Part shown: positions 1-12,600 of the stretch, piece by piece
How the letters are laid out: the number at the start of each line of letters is the position of its first letter
Position numbering within the stretch: the first letter of the stretch is position 1
Assembly: GCF_032191835.1 (NCBI RefSeq)
Contig: NC_083239.1
Coordinates: forward strand, 20,832,001-20,896,000
DNA: 64,000 nt
From: Heteronotia binoei
Taxonomy: Eukaryota
Direction of reading: 5' to 3'
Translations under genes and position numbers: made by a program
The notes under the pieces: generated by a model
Told to the model about the DNA's origin: nothing
Seen by the model: the letters and a program-made list of their open reading frames with translations, nothing else
Database searches by the model: none

Positions 1-175
1 CCTTTGCATATTAGGCTGCACATCCCTGATGTAGCCAGTCCTCCAAGAGCTTACAGTAGGCCTTGTAATAAGAGCCCTGTAAGCTCTTGGAGGATTGGCT
101 ACATAAGAGGGGTGTAGCATAATATGCAAAAGAGTTCCCACTACCAAAAAAGCCCTGGTCTTAGTCAAACACCAA
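1..175. repeat. Interspersed repeat fragment (family unassigned), related to 21330-21520
   Basis: Shares 'tttgcatattagg..cac..cctgatgt' with two copies at about 21367 and 21449. Confidence 0.35.
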
Positions 176-204
176 ACCAGGCTATGGCCACTTGCCCCAA
201 TTCA

Positions 205-600
205 TGAGCTTGAGTAGGAACATGACAGATGTTTATAAAATTATGCATAAAGTAAAGAAAGTGGACAGAGATGAGTTTTTCTTCTCCCTCTCCCATAATA
301 CTAGATCACAGGCGCACTCAATAGTAAGGAATGCAACATGGTATAGTCGATCTTGTCAGATCTCAAAAGCAAAGCAGGATCGATTTTTAAATAGATCACC
401 AAAAAAAGGCACTGCAGAGGAAGACAATGGCAAACCACCTCTGCTTCTCAGTTGTCAGGGTGGGCAATGGGTAATACTACTTTACTCAATGAGTAATTGA
501 CTTGCGGAATTCACTGCCAGTGGACATAGTAATGGCCATGAGGGTAGATGGTTTTAAAATGGCATATAGGTCCATCAACAGCTACTGGTTATGCTGTAGT
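205..600 (+). mobile_element. CR1 LINE 3' fragment, degraded and interrupted
   Basis: Translates as DVYKIMHKVKKVDRDEFFFSLSHNTR, then a WNSLP-like 'gcggaattcactgccagtgg' segment and a CR1-like 3' UTR. Confidence 0.6.
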
Positions 601-1267
601 TAAGCTCCATAGAGGCAGTAAACATCAAAAATGCAACTATGTGAAACAGGACACGGGCCTAGAGGTACCACAGGTCTGGCTTGTCAAGACTCTTATGTCC
701 AGAAAAAAATGAGCCTGTTCAGGCTGAGACTTGCTCCTTGTTTAGGCTTCTAGAGGGGATACAAATTAGGAGTTTCACTGCAGTGTTGGGAGGGGCAGCT
801 ATAGTCTTTTGGCAGCTCATGACCCAGGATGAACAGCAGGTGTATTATTTTAATTAATTAATTAAATTAATTTTATTTGGGGCTTACTGTGGTGTGCCAG
901 CAGCAGACTGCCATTGTGACTTATTGGGAATGTTTCCATTGGGCTGATTTACCAGGCCAGCTCATACCCAGCCCAAGGGAATGACAGCACCACCACCCTG
1001 ACTATGGGACTGAGCATGCTGAAGTGCTGCTTTCACATCCCACTCTGCCAGTTCTCTGATGATTCTCTAAGACATACTTGCTTTAAAAATGATGTACCGA
1101 CATAAATAGCCACTGATGCACCCCTTTCTCCTTCCCATCACATTTTGACAATTGCTCTCCTGAGGCCTACAAGTAAGAAGCAACCAAAAGGAGGGAAAGC
1201 AAGTGGCTAAGGAGATGGTGCTTGATCCAGTTTGTTATCTCACACGCACATCACATTAGGGCCTCAG

Positions 1268-1620
1268 ACCATAAGATGAGACCTGCTGGATCAGACCCAG
1301 GTCCATCTATTCCAACATAAAACTGTTTGACAGCAGCCAATCAGTTGCCCTGGAGGGCTGAATAAACGGCACAGAGACTGAAACCCTTCCCTACTGCTGT
1401 CTCCCAGCACTGGGATTCAGAGGTGTGCTGCCTCTGTATATGGAAGTCCCCTTCACTCATCACAGCTAGCAGACAGCCATTGAAGGATCTCTCCACTGCC
1501 ACTTTCTGTAACTCTGTTTTAATACTATCTATGCCCATGGCCATTGCCACCTTCACTGGCATTTAATTCTACAGTTAAATTACTTGTTGAGAAATATTTC
1601 CATGTTTGTCTTGAACTTAT
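1268..1620 (-). mobile_element. CR1 LINE 3' end fragment
   Basis: Reverse complement of a CR1 3' UTR (cataaga...ctgctggatcagacc...) plus the ORF2 C-terminus (PVKVAMAMGIDSIK). Confidence 0.55.
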
Positions 1621-3384
1621 TTCTCAACAATTTCATTGAGTGACCCACCCCCAGTTCTATTCTGCTTCTTCAGTAACATTTTAGACCCAGATCTGTAAGA
1701 CTTATAAGCATTCAGCAAACACAGAAAAGGCTATGGGCTTCACCTTGTCTGTGGTGAATGCACACAGTGAAATTGTGGCAGGATGCAGCAAAACTCTTTT
1801 CTTCTTCCCCCACCCTGCCAGTCCACTGGGGGAATGGAAGCCTGTGAGTCTAGTCCTCTCCCTTCCCTCAGGCAAAGAGCACAAGCTAAGACTAGTTTGC
1901 ATTCCATGCCTGAGTGGAAGGGCAAGAGGTCAGCAAGGGATAGGTGAGGCATGCAGGGGTCACCCACTCTCTGTAGCACCGGTGAATGTAAATGGGCAGA
2001 GAGAAGAGGAAAGCGGGTGCTGTTGGGATCCCCCTCTCTGCAGGCCCACATTAAGAACTCAATGTTAAGAAAACACCATCTACCTCAAAGCAGACGGAGA
2101 GGCCCTTGGCTCTCTCCATCTCTGCTCCTGGCACTCTTGGAAGTTGTAAGTGTACTTGGTGCCTTGAGCAGAGACAGGCAGGTAAACAACCAAACTGGAT
2201 TTTTATTGTACCCAACTTCCCCTGCTGTGCAAGAGCATCAGCACTCAGTGGCCCCAACGATGACTGCTTTACATTTTAAAACCACGATGTTTAATGTTCT
2301 TAAAGTTATTTTAACTTTTTAAACCCTCCTTTCTGCCCGTGATTTGAACATTGGAAATTTATTTTGTCTTTAATCAACAGCAAGGGTACATCTCCCCACC
2401 CAGCCCCCACCAGTGCACATAATGGAACTATGCAGTGCAAGAAAGTAAAAATCCAGCATGCAAGGACTGATGCAGAATATTGTGCCAGGCAGTACCCTCT
2501 TGTCACAAAAAAGGCCGGATTTCTACTACTAGATGGAGGGTAGCAGAATTCAGCTAATCCTCAGAATCCAGGTCTGTTGATATTAATATGCTGTTGCCAA
2601 GAAAATGGCACTGGGGGGGTCCAATCCCAATGTAAGCCTGTTAAACCCACAACCCAAATCAGTACACATGTACAGAGATGAACTCTAAAATGCTCTTTCC
2701 AACACCAATGGAAAAGAGCACAACTGCAAAAATAGAAACACAAAGAATTCTCTTCTGCAGTTTTTAGGGCTAAGTGCAAGTATTAGGTGACTGGGACCTG
2801 CAGGCATTCTTCTTTCCCACCCCAGTTTATTGTAACCATGGTGCATTGTTACATCTTCACCCATGTTGGCTATGCTGAAGTTTAAGCCTTGATTTGAAAT
2901 AGGGAGGGGGACAAGCAGTTTGTGTTCCTTGACTAGTGGAGAGGAGGAAGCATGCTGCCTTCATTCTCTCTTACCATGGTTTAGGAGATTGGGCACATTA
3001 TATTTGTATGGAACACAGAGCGTGCTGCTTCCTAAGGGGGCGAACAAGGAGACAGAAACAAAATCATTCAGTGGTGCCCCCTCTGGCAGAAAGGATGTTG
3101 CAAGGAACGCCATTTGACCTGAGTGATGGGTTTAAAATGATAAAAGGAAGTAGAAGAAGAAAGGCTGGCAGTATTCAGGACAGCACAGAATCAGCCCATA
3201 TTTTCAAAGGGTAACCGTGTCGGTCTGCAATAGAAAAGCCAGATTTGAGTGCTGTAACACTTCAGAGGGCACCTCTCAAAAGCCCAAAGATCATGTAGCG
3301 CTCAAATCTAGCTTGGTCCATACTGACATTCTAATTCATTGTGCCACCTTTATCCTCATTGAAAGAAATATTTCCCTATCTTAA

Positions 3385-3390
3385 TTTATT
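3385..3390 (-). promoter_or_regulatory. Candidate poly(A) signal AATAAA for ZBTB8OS
   Basis: First AATAAA I found on the minus strand after the stop, about 260 nt downstream; more lie further 3'. Confidence 0.35.
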
Positions 3391-3648
3391 CTAAGAAGCC
3401 AGCACCAGCTGGGTATTAATCTTTCCACATGCTCTTCAGAGCATTCCTGGTGCACTTCATCTTCCACAAAGGCATTCCAGAATGACACGTTCCCTGAGAA
3501 TCTCTCCTGTTCAGCTGCTCCAGATATCTTAATGCCCTTGCAGGACTGCAAGTCAGCTAGCCCACGTTATCCTCCAGAGGAACAGGCCCTCTGCTTGGGA
3601 GCATCTGGTCTGTCTGCCAAAGCATGAGGACAGGCCATTTTTCTTCTT

Positions 3649-6600
3649 TTAGATGTCAATGATGACAAAGACCTCAGGTTTTTCATCCTCATGGATCTGC
3701 ATTGCTGAGTATGTTATCGCTTTGACCTCTGTGCCCTGAGGGGGAATAAGAAAAGCAAATGCAATTGTGCAGCTATGTTCCTAGATTCCTGTGTACAAAG
3801 GATTTTTTTCAGTCAAAACATCCTCATTCCCCTAGAATTCCTTCAATTCTGTGTTCAATTGCATCTTTTCATCCAGATATTGTCCCATTTTCCAAGGCCT
3901 AGCACAGACAAAATGCCATCCAGTTTCCAAACAGTGGTTTTGCAAATGGGAGCACTTAATGGATTTCCATGTTCATGTGGGCATTCTCCCTTCCCTTCTA
4001 CTTTGCAGCCTTTCCAGGGTTATCATTAAGTCTTGTCTTAACTTATTGCCAGCTACATTTACCAAGCTGATTTGCAAGTGGGTTTGTAGGCCATACCCTA
4101 AGTTTAATGATCATTAAAAACTAATAATATTCTGGCCCTAAATTACAGGCCAAAGTTTAAAGTCTAAAGGACAGGCCAAGACCTGCAACTGTAGAGTCGT
4201 TCCTCTTTTTAGTACTGTCAACAAGAACCCACATGTCTGATTTACCCAACTGACACATCTTGTGGTTAGCTTCGCTTGAAAAACATAAGTTTTCAGAGGC
4301 TTTTGTAATAACAGGTGACCCCAGGCAATGTTAGGACATCACATAATGGTTATAGATAATTAGACGCTAAAGAGGCTGGGTCCATGAGAATAGAGGTAGC
4401 CAATCAACCGCAGGAATATTGATGTAAGAGTGGTGGCATGATGCTGAATAACCAACCAATGTTTGCAAAGTTGTGATTTCTATGTGTGGAATAAAGAGGA
4501 AGTACCTTAAATTCATTTTACCACTAATATGTCCTGTGCGGGTTATTCTGGCTGAACCCCAAAGGGACACACTTTTGTGTAACAATAGTTACCGAAAATG
4601 TATTTCTTCTACATCTCCCCAATGGGGACCCAAAGCAGTTGACAGTGTTCTCTGCTCCTCCATTTTATCTTCACAGCAGCCTTGTAAGGCAGGATAGGCT
4701 GAGAGTAAGTGACTAGCCCAAGGTCACCCAGCAAGCTTCTATGGCATAGTAGGGATGTGAACCTGCGTTTCCCAGATTCTATACTGACACTCTAACCACA
4801 ACACCACACTGGCTTCTGTGCAGTTGTATTATTATATTATTATAACCACTACTTCCAAAACTAAAAGGGACAGAATGAATGCCCATGCAGGAGAGAGGAA
4901 GAGGAATGGGTGGGGACTCCTAAGCAACAAGCCACGTTTGAGTGAATGCCCCGTGGAACATCCACAGCAGGCCCCAAAGGAATAACAGCAGCAATATCTT
5001 TCAGCAATATCTTTTAAGGAAGACTGTGGGATAGCATACTGATTAATTGTGTTTATTTTATTGTGTAAATTATTAATGTATTTTAATTCTTAATTTTATT
5101 GTTAGAATTTTTATGTTGTGAGCCGCCCTGAGCTTGCTTTGGTGGGGTAGGGCGGGATATATATCAAATGAAATAAATAAACTGAATACTAGGAAGGGAC
5201 ATGTTATCACAATCAGTAGCTTCTGCTGTAACCTCCCCACCCCAGCCTCCATTCTGAGGACATTCTCCATGTCAGAGGCACCATCTCTTCTTATTGTCTT
5301 CCAAAGAATCTGAGGCAGTAACATGCCTTGTGGGTTGTGCTGTTAAGCTTTTTGCAATATTTCTGACAGGAGACCCTGGAGATTAGAGAAAATTGGGGAC
5401 AAGGAAATAAGGCAGCCACAGGAGCCTGAGACATACATGGACGTAGAAGTTTGAGTCCCAGAATGGCTAGTAATGCTTGCCCTGCTTCTAGCACATAGAA
5501 CCACATGCACACATACACATACACACACACACATAACAATTTATAACATACCTGAGGATGTTTGAGCAGAGAGAATTCTTCCCCCCACCTTAAAAGGCAA
5601 ATAATAACACATAATAATACTAATACTACTAATTAGTACTACTAATAGTAATAATAAATGTATTAGTAAAGTGCTGAATGAAATTATACGGTTTGAACAA
5701 ACAAAAATCACCGGTCCTTTTCAGGCAGATGTCTAGAACAGTGGCTCCCAACCTTTCTGGCACCAGGGACCAGTTTCATGGAAGACAATTTTTCCATGGA
5801 CCGTGGGGGAAGTGACATTGGACTTTTTGCCCCCCCAGGCTGCCCCCCCTGCCTGCGCCCCATTCCTCCCCCCCCCAGGGGGTCTTTAAATGGGGGAAAG
5901 ACCAGGGTTGCTTCTACTGCCTCCTGCTAGGCAGCCAGGCAGAAGAGGCCAATCTGCCGCCCCCTCCCATTTAAGGACGCCCACTGATCAGCGGGGGTCT
6001 ATAAATGAGTGGTAGGCAAATGTAGCAGCAGTGCTGTCCTGCCCGCCCAGGAGCTGGGCAGATGAAAGAGATGGTGTGGCCTCGTTCCAAGGCTGCCTCC
6101 CTTCAGAGCGAGGCAGCACTGCCTCTTTCGTTCACCTGAGTTCCAGGCAGGTGAGAGGGGCAGTGCGGCACCTCTGCCCCGTGGCCCAGTTGTTAACAGG
6201 CCACAGACCAGTACCAGTCCATGGCCCAGGGACTGGGGACCCCTGGTTTAGAATGCCAGTTCTGAGGGACTAAATGCTAAATGACCACCAGCACATGACC
6301 AATACCCAAGGTCAGAGGAACCAGACTACAAAGTGTGAGAGAATACAGATGAGCAGTGCTAATGCAGTAAGCACACCCCAGAATCAAGAATCAGATGAAC
6401 CTCAAAGTCAAGCCAGAACCCAAAGCGGGCAATTTTTTTTAAAACAGGATGACTACATCTAGAAAGAGGGAACATTAGTATCCAAATCAGCACCCTCCAA
6501 AGCAAGTAGAGCCCCAGATGTGGTCTCTCTCCCACTCCACTGCTCTTATTTAATTTTACTCTTCTCTCCGATGGAAAGACAAAGCAACTTACACTGTTCC

Positions 6601-9600
6601 CCACTGATGAGAACGGCTGCGTATAAATGAAGCAAATAAATAGCTGAAATACTGTTTCAAGAAATGTAGCATATATATTTAATAAACAAACACAAAGTAA
6701 AGTCTCTGTGGGAAATTTGGTGCTGAAAATCCCACTTTGAGACTTCTGTTTCACAGTGCACAGACAGTCTTGGCACTGGACAGATGTGTCTTATTCCATC
6801 AAATTCCAATATTTCTCTTTGAAATTTAATTCTTCTGCTTACTCACCCAATGGACCTTAATCTGAAGCTTGTTCGATCAATAGAAAGCACTTTCACTTCC
6901 TACAAGAAAAAAGAGGATTTTTTTTCTTCCCCCCCACACTTAAAAAAAAGTTATTAAATGCCTTGCCCTTTCACAGAGCTCTATCATTTTGCAAATGCGC
7001 CTTGACATCTTAAATCCAAACAAAAGAATTTCACCTATCTCTAAGACTTCCCAGCAGAAGTACAATGGAATTCAGAAAAGGGAAGGGAACCTCAAATCCA
7101 CCTTTGTCTCCATCTATCTCTTTCCCCCAGCTTCAACATCTTCTACAACTTTCCATTTAAACATCTGCATAAATATTCTAAATTACCATCTGAATACTGA
7201 TAACATATTGCAGGCAATCCCCCTCTCGGAAGCACACCTTAATGGGGTGAGGGAGTTTCTGTGTGTCAGCAAAGCTGAAAGCAATACTGTAAGGAGTCTA
7301 AACTCCTAACAGAGTCACTCAAGGTGGAATGGTCACAGCTGAGACACCAGAGGAAGATGCATCCAACTCTGTTGGGGATCAACGGCAACACCAGCAGAAG
7401 AGAACAGACAGTTCCAGTGGTGATGGGGGCTGAAGAATACTTGAAGGGTAGCTACTAGGGGTGTGCAAAAAACATGGTATTATTTGGGTTTGGGTATACT
7501 GAAAAAAATTGATATTTCCTGATATTCCCCAAAGCCCAATACTGGTGTGGTATTTGGATTCAGTAAATATTCGAGATTGCCAAATTTTTCTTATCCAATG
7601 AACCTGAGAAGAAAAAAACTCCAAGAGGATCAGCCGGAGCTCCTGGGCTGGCACCTCTTTGCTGCTCAGTTTAAACCAAGTAGCAAAGAGGAGCCAGTCC
7701 CAGTTAAGGTGGTGCAGAGCTGTCAGTTCCTGCCACCCTGGCTAATCTTGGGTTGGCTCCTCTTTGTAGTTCAGTTTGAGCTGCAAAGAGGGGCCAACCC
7801 CAGCCAAGGGTTTTCCCCACAGACTCTGCTGAGCAGCCCAGTTTAAACAGAACTGCCCAACAGAGCCTGCCAAGTAACCGATCCTGCAGTGAATATTTTA
7901 CCCACAGGCTCGGCTGGGGTGCTGCTGGGCAGACCAGTTTAAATTGGACTGCCCAACAGAGCCGCCCTCATCCTTCATTGTTTCCAATTGTTTCCAATGG
8001 AAGGGAGAAAGGCATTTATAAGGATCATGGTCTCTTTAATTGCCTTTTGCAAGCTACAAATGAACTCCAAAGCATTTAAAGGTCTTGTGGCTCTTCACAA
8101 CTGATTACATAGATGGTATCATCAGGAAAGGTTTGGTTTTTTGGACCATGGCTTACTTTCAAGATGAAGCTTGTCCATCAGGAGATGGTTTGCACCTTAC
8201 GATGGTAGGAAAGAAATTGTTTGGCAAGAGCCTTGCAAACCTAATAAGGAGCACTTTTAACTGAATCCTATTGGGAAGTGAGACAAAAATTCAAAGCCTA
8301 GAATGATGCCAATAACTGCAGATAAGAACACTAAAGTTTTGCAGGGAGTGACACATATACTAGGTAATAACTTGCGGCAAAGTACAGAAACATAAACTAT
8401 GGAATCTGATGTCTCTATGCTAATGCACAGAGTATGGGAAACAAGCAGGAGGAACTTGGAGTCCTAATATAGGAAGGAAACTATGACCCTTATTGAAATT
8501 TGGTGAGATGAAGTAACAGTTGGAATATTAGGCCTGAGGGGTACAGCTTGTTTAAAAAGGACAGACAAATAAAGGGAGAGGAGCAGCATTATATGTAAAA
8601 GAGGTATATGCTTGTGTAGAAATATGTGAATCTGAGCATGGACGTTTCATTGAGTCTCTGGGTAGAAATAAAAGGAATAAGAAATAATACTGATATTATG
8701 GTGGGGGATCTGCTATAGACCACCAAGCCAGGCAGAGGAATTGGATGAGACACTCCTAGTACAGATTTCAAAGTTCTCAAGGAGATGGAATACAGTGTCA
8801 TGGGAGATTTCTTTTTTTTTACTAGAGTTACTTTCCAATAACTCGTTTACTGGCCATTCCTATGCAATAGTTAATGAATCCATATAATAAACTTATACTT
8901 TTTTTTAAAAAAATCACAGCTCTGAAAGAAGAGGGCAGTCAACACGTTCTCTTCTTTACAGGACAGGAGGAAGGGGAAATAAGATTACACATAGATTTGA
9001 AGGCAGGGACACAATCCTATTTGCATCATTTGGCTTTCATTTCCAAGGGGAGAAATAAGGAGGGACAAAACAGAGGCAAGTTTGGTATGGACTGGATTCC
9101 AGATCTCCAGCTTAAAAGTTCATCCATGAATTCACATTATCTCAGCAGTCTCTCCAACAACAGTGAAATAGCTCTCCTGAACAGCAGGTGGTCCTTATCC
9201 TCAGTCCAGATACTATATACGCCTTGCCATAACGCATATGGTACTTGCACTTACAAGAGTGCAGTAATGCCATCAGAGGGGTTATCTGGAAGTTACATCC
9301 CCCGCCTTGCTTGAAAGCCAATGCCTTCAGCTGCAGCCATGGGATACTTATTTGACTTTCTGTGTGCTGCAAATTAAATACGAGACCAGGAATCCCAGGA
9401 ATATCACAGCACCAAAGACAATGAGCACGGCTTCTAGCAGTTGTAGCAATTTGATCTTATTTGTCACCTTGGATCGGAAGAACTCTGCGTTCCTGTCATC
9501 AATTATTGCTGTCTCGTTGAGCCAGAGAATGGGAAAGAGGAAAGGAATCTTTACCTTCTGTAAAGCCATAATTTTTGGAGCAGGTCTCACGACTAAGTTG

Positions 9601-12600
9601 ATCTGCAGCCTACTGGCAAATTGTAATGTAAACCCTGTTGTTGGCTCAATATCTAAATAAGTCATATGCTCTTCTTTATTTGGGTTCATTCCTTCAACAC
9701 CTTCCCTGATTTCTTCACTTGCATACAATAAGTGAGGCAGTGTAATCACCACTGGCTTGCCTTGTTTACATGTACTGATGTCCAGAGCCCCAGCTATTGT
9801 GCAGTTCATTGAAATAACTTTCTCTAGGCAGAAGCAGAGGTTTTCCGGATTGATGAGGGGTGAGGCAAAAGCTCCTGGAGGCACTATGAAGCGATAGAGG
9901 GGGATTCCCTTCACAACCTGATCACTATCAAACTCCCCATAAAAGGACCTGCAGATGTCAGAAGAGAAGAAACGCAGCACATCATCCCTCCTGACAAAAG
10001 GGGGGAATGATGCCCCATCTGTCCCATTGACCATGTCACAAGAACCTTCCCAGAATGACAGGGTGCTCTTGTTTTTATAGCTCTGGATTAGTGCAGTCTT
10101 GTATATATTATCTTTTCCGCTGTAGACAGTGTAAAGGCCGTCAAGTGTTTCATTGTATGGAAGGAAAATTCCCACTTTCTTATCAGTTGGAAAGGGAACT
10201 TTCTTCAAAAAAGGATCTTCATAACCCCAGAGCAATTCATTCACTGTTCTGTTCTGAAGCAGGAATGACTTTGAAGACTTCATCCAAACATTCAACAGCA
10301 TGTGTACAAAATTATTTGGGTACAGGACAGGTGCAGTTACAAGTGCAAGGTTGACAACGGTGAAAGTGTCGTTTTCTGGCCCAATTGAAAGAGCAGGTTC
10401 AAAGCGAGCAATGTTTGGCAAGAAGTAAGACAACGTCAAGTCTGGATTTTCAGTGATATTTTGTTTGGGTAAAAACCGCACCCTGTACGTGTAAGGGCCC
10501 CTTTGTTTCAGAATTGGGCGTGACCCATTCTCCATCACTGCTGATGGGTTCTCCACATTAAAGATCCAGAACTGTCTGTAGACAGCACTTCCAGGTACAA
10601 TCCAGTTTTCATATGCAATTGTACCTTTTTCAATTATTCTTTCCTTTTTTATTGCCTTCTCAATGAAATAGTTTCCAACTGGTATCAGGGCACCTCCAAG
10701 TACAGCCACAATTGCACCAATGATTGCAGCAGCTAACAGGCCACAGTTCTGGTCACAGCCCATTCTCTTCCTTGAAGGCAAGCCTTCAAAGGTGAAACCT
10801 CTTCTGCTCCTGGGTGAAGCCTTCAAAGGTGAAGCCTCTTTTGCTCCTGGAGATTCTCTTTGAGCTCTCTTGTTCTGATGCACGGGCATCATCAGAGCAT
10901 GGGGTCATGCAGTCGGCCTGGGTCATGGGAGATTTCAATTACCCGGGTATCTGTTGGAAGTCCAACTCTGCTAAAAATGAAAGGTCAAATAAATTCCTGA
11001 CTTGTCTTGTTGACAACATCATTTCCCAGAAAGTGGAGAGGGAAACAAAGGGATCTGCTATCTTGGGCTTGATTCTCACCAAAAGGGAAAACCTGATTCT
11101 CACCAAAAGGGAAATAGTGGGCACCTTGAGTAGTAGCAACCATGCAATTTTGGAATTTACAGACCTGGGGAAAGGAAAAGCTGTACATAGACAGACATAT
11201 AGGTTGGACTTCAGGAAAGCAAATTTTGACAAAGTTATGCTGGGTAGAATCCCATGGTTAGAAATACTTAAGGAGAAGAGAGTTCAAGAGGAATGGGAGT
11301 TTGTTAAAATGGAAATATTGACACCACAATCACAAACGATTCCTATGAGAAGGAAAAACTGAAGGAGCCTAAAGAAGTCAAGGTGGCTCCATATATAGTT
11401 TTCTAAACCTAAGAACTAAAAAAAAAAAAAATCATTTAGGAACAGAAGGAGGGCCTTATAACCAAGGATGGATATAAACAAATAACCAGTGCTTGTAGAG
11501 AGAGAATTTGAAAAGCTAAAGCTCAGTATGAGCTTTTAGTACCCCATCAGTGCTTAGTTTTTGTGGCATACAATAAGTGAGGTCTACATGCTGGTACAGA
11601 GCCAGAGAACTGCTTACATGCCCATGGTAATGCTGATCACCACTTTGGGGTCAGGAAGCAATTTTCTCCAGGCCACTTTGGCCAGGGATCCTGGAGGTTT
11701 TTTGCCATCTTCTGGGAATGGAGCAGAGGTCGTGGGGCTGTGAGCCAGTTTGGTGTAGTGGTTACGTGTGCGGACTCTTATCTGGGAGAACCGGGTTTGA
11801 TTCCCCACTCCTCCACTTGCACCTGCTAGCATGGCCTTGGGTTAGCCATAGCTCTGGCGGAGGTTGTCCTTGAAAGGGCAGCTGCTGGGAGAGCCCTCTC
11901 CAGCCCCACCCACCTCACAGGGTGTCTGTTGTGGGGGAGGAAGGTAAAGGAGATTGTGAGCCGCTCTGAGACTCTTTGGAGTGGAGGGCGGGATATAAAT
12001 CCAATATCTTCTTCTTCTTCTGTGAGGTGGAGGTATTTGTGAACTTCTTCCACTGTGCAGGAGATTAGACTAGATGACCTTGGAGGCACCTTCCAACATT
12101 GTTATTCTAAGAACTGAGAGCTTTGAGTAACAGGCTACTCCAAGCACTCTGATTGGCCAACTCCATCTAAGGGCAGAAATTTTTATTAGCTGGGTGCTGA
12201 AGGGAATGGGCATTCTGGCACAATTCCTGATTGAGAGAAGAGAGACAATTCTATACCTTAATTGTTTAAAATCTGCTCTAAAAAAGACTTCAATTGAGGG
12301 TCTGAAAGAATCTTGAATCTCAGCCTGTGCTGAAAGCAGTTTTACACAGACACAAAAACTGGGACTGAGATTTGGTAAGGTTGTTGGTTAGTGAGATGAG
12401 ACTCCCATTCAGGCCAAAAGAAAAGAATTATATCTTCCAGGGAAATAATCCTTGCCCAGTTAAACAGAGAGAGTTATCTCTGGGAGAAGGAGATCCCTGG
12501 TCTGTTGTGAAAGGAAACTGCTTGAGACAACTCAAGTGCTAAACAGAAATTAAAGAATTATAAGAAAGGGAGGTACTGAAGGGAGATACCAGCCTCAAGG

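Larger units (their letters stand above)
8812..10921 (-). other. CD36: Processed (retrotransposed) CD36 mRNA copy, 2110 bp: 158-nt leader, CDS, 527-nt 3' UTR, A9 tail
   Basis: Flanked by identical 15-bp direct repeats gtcatgggagatttc (8797-8811 and 10922-10936); T9 at 8812-8820 is the poly(A) on the minus strand; no introns. Confidence 0.93.
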
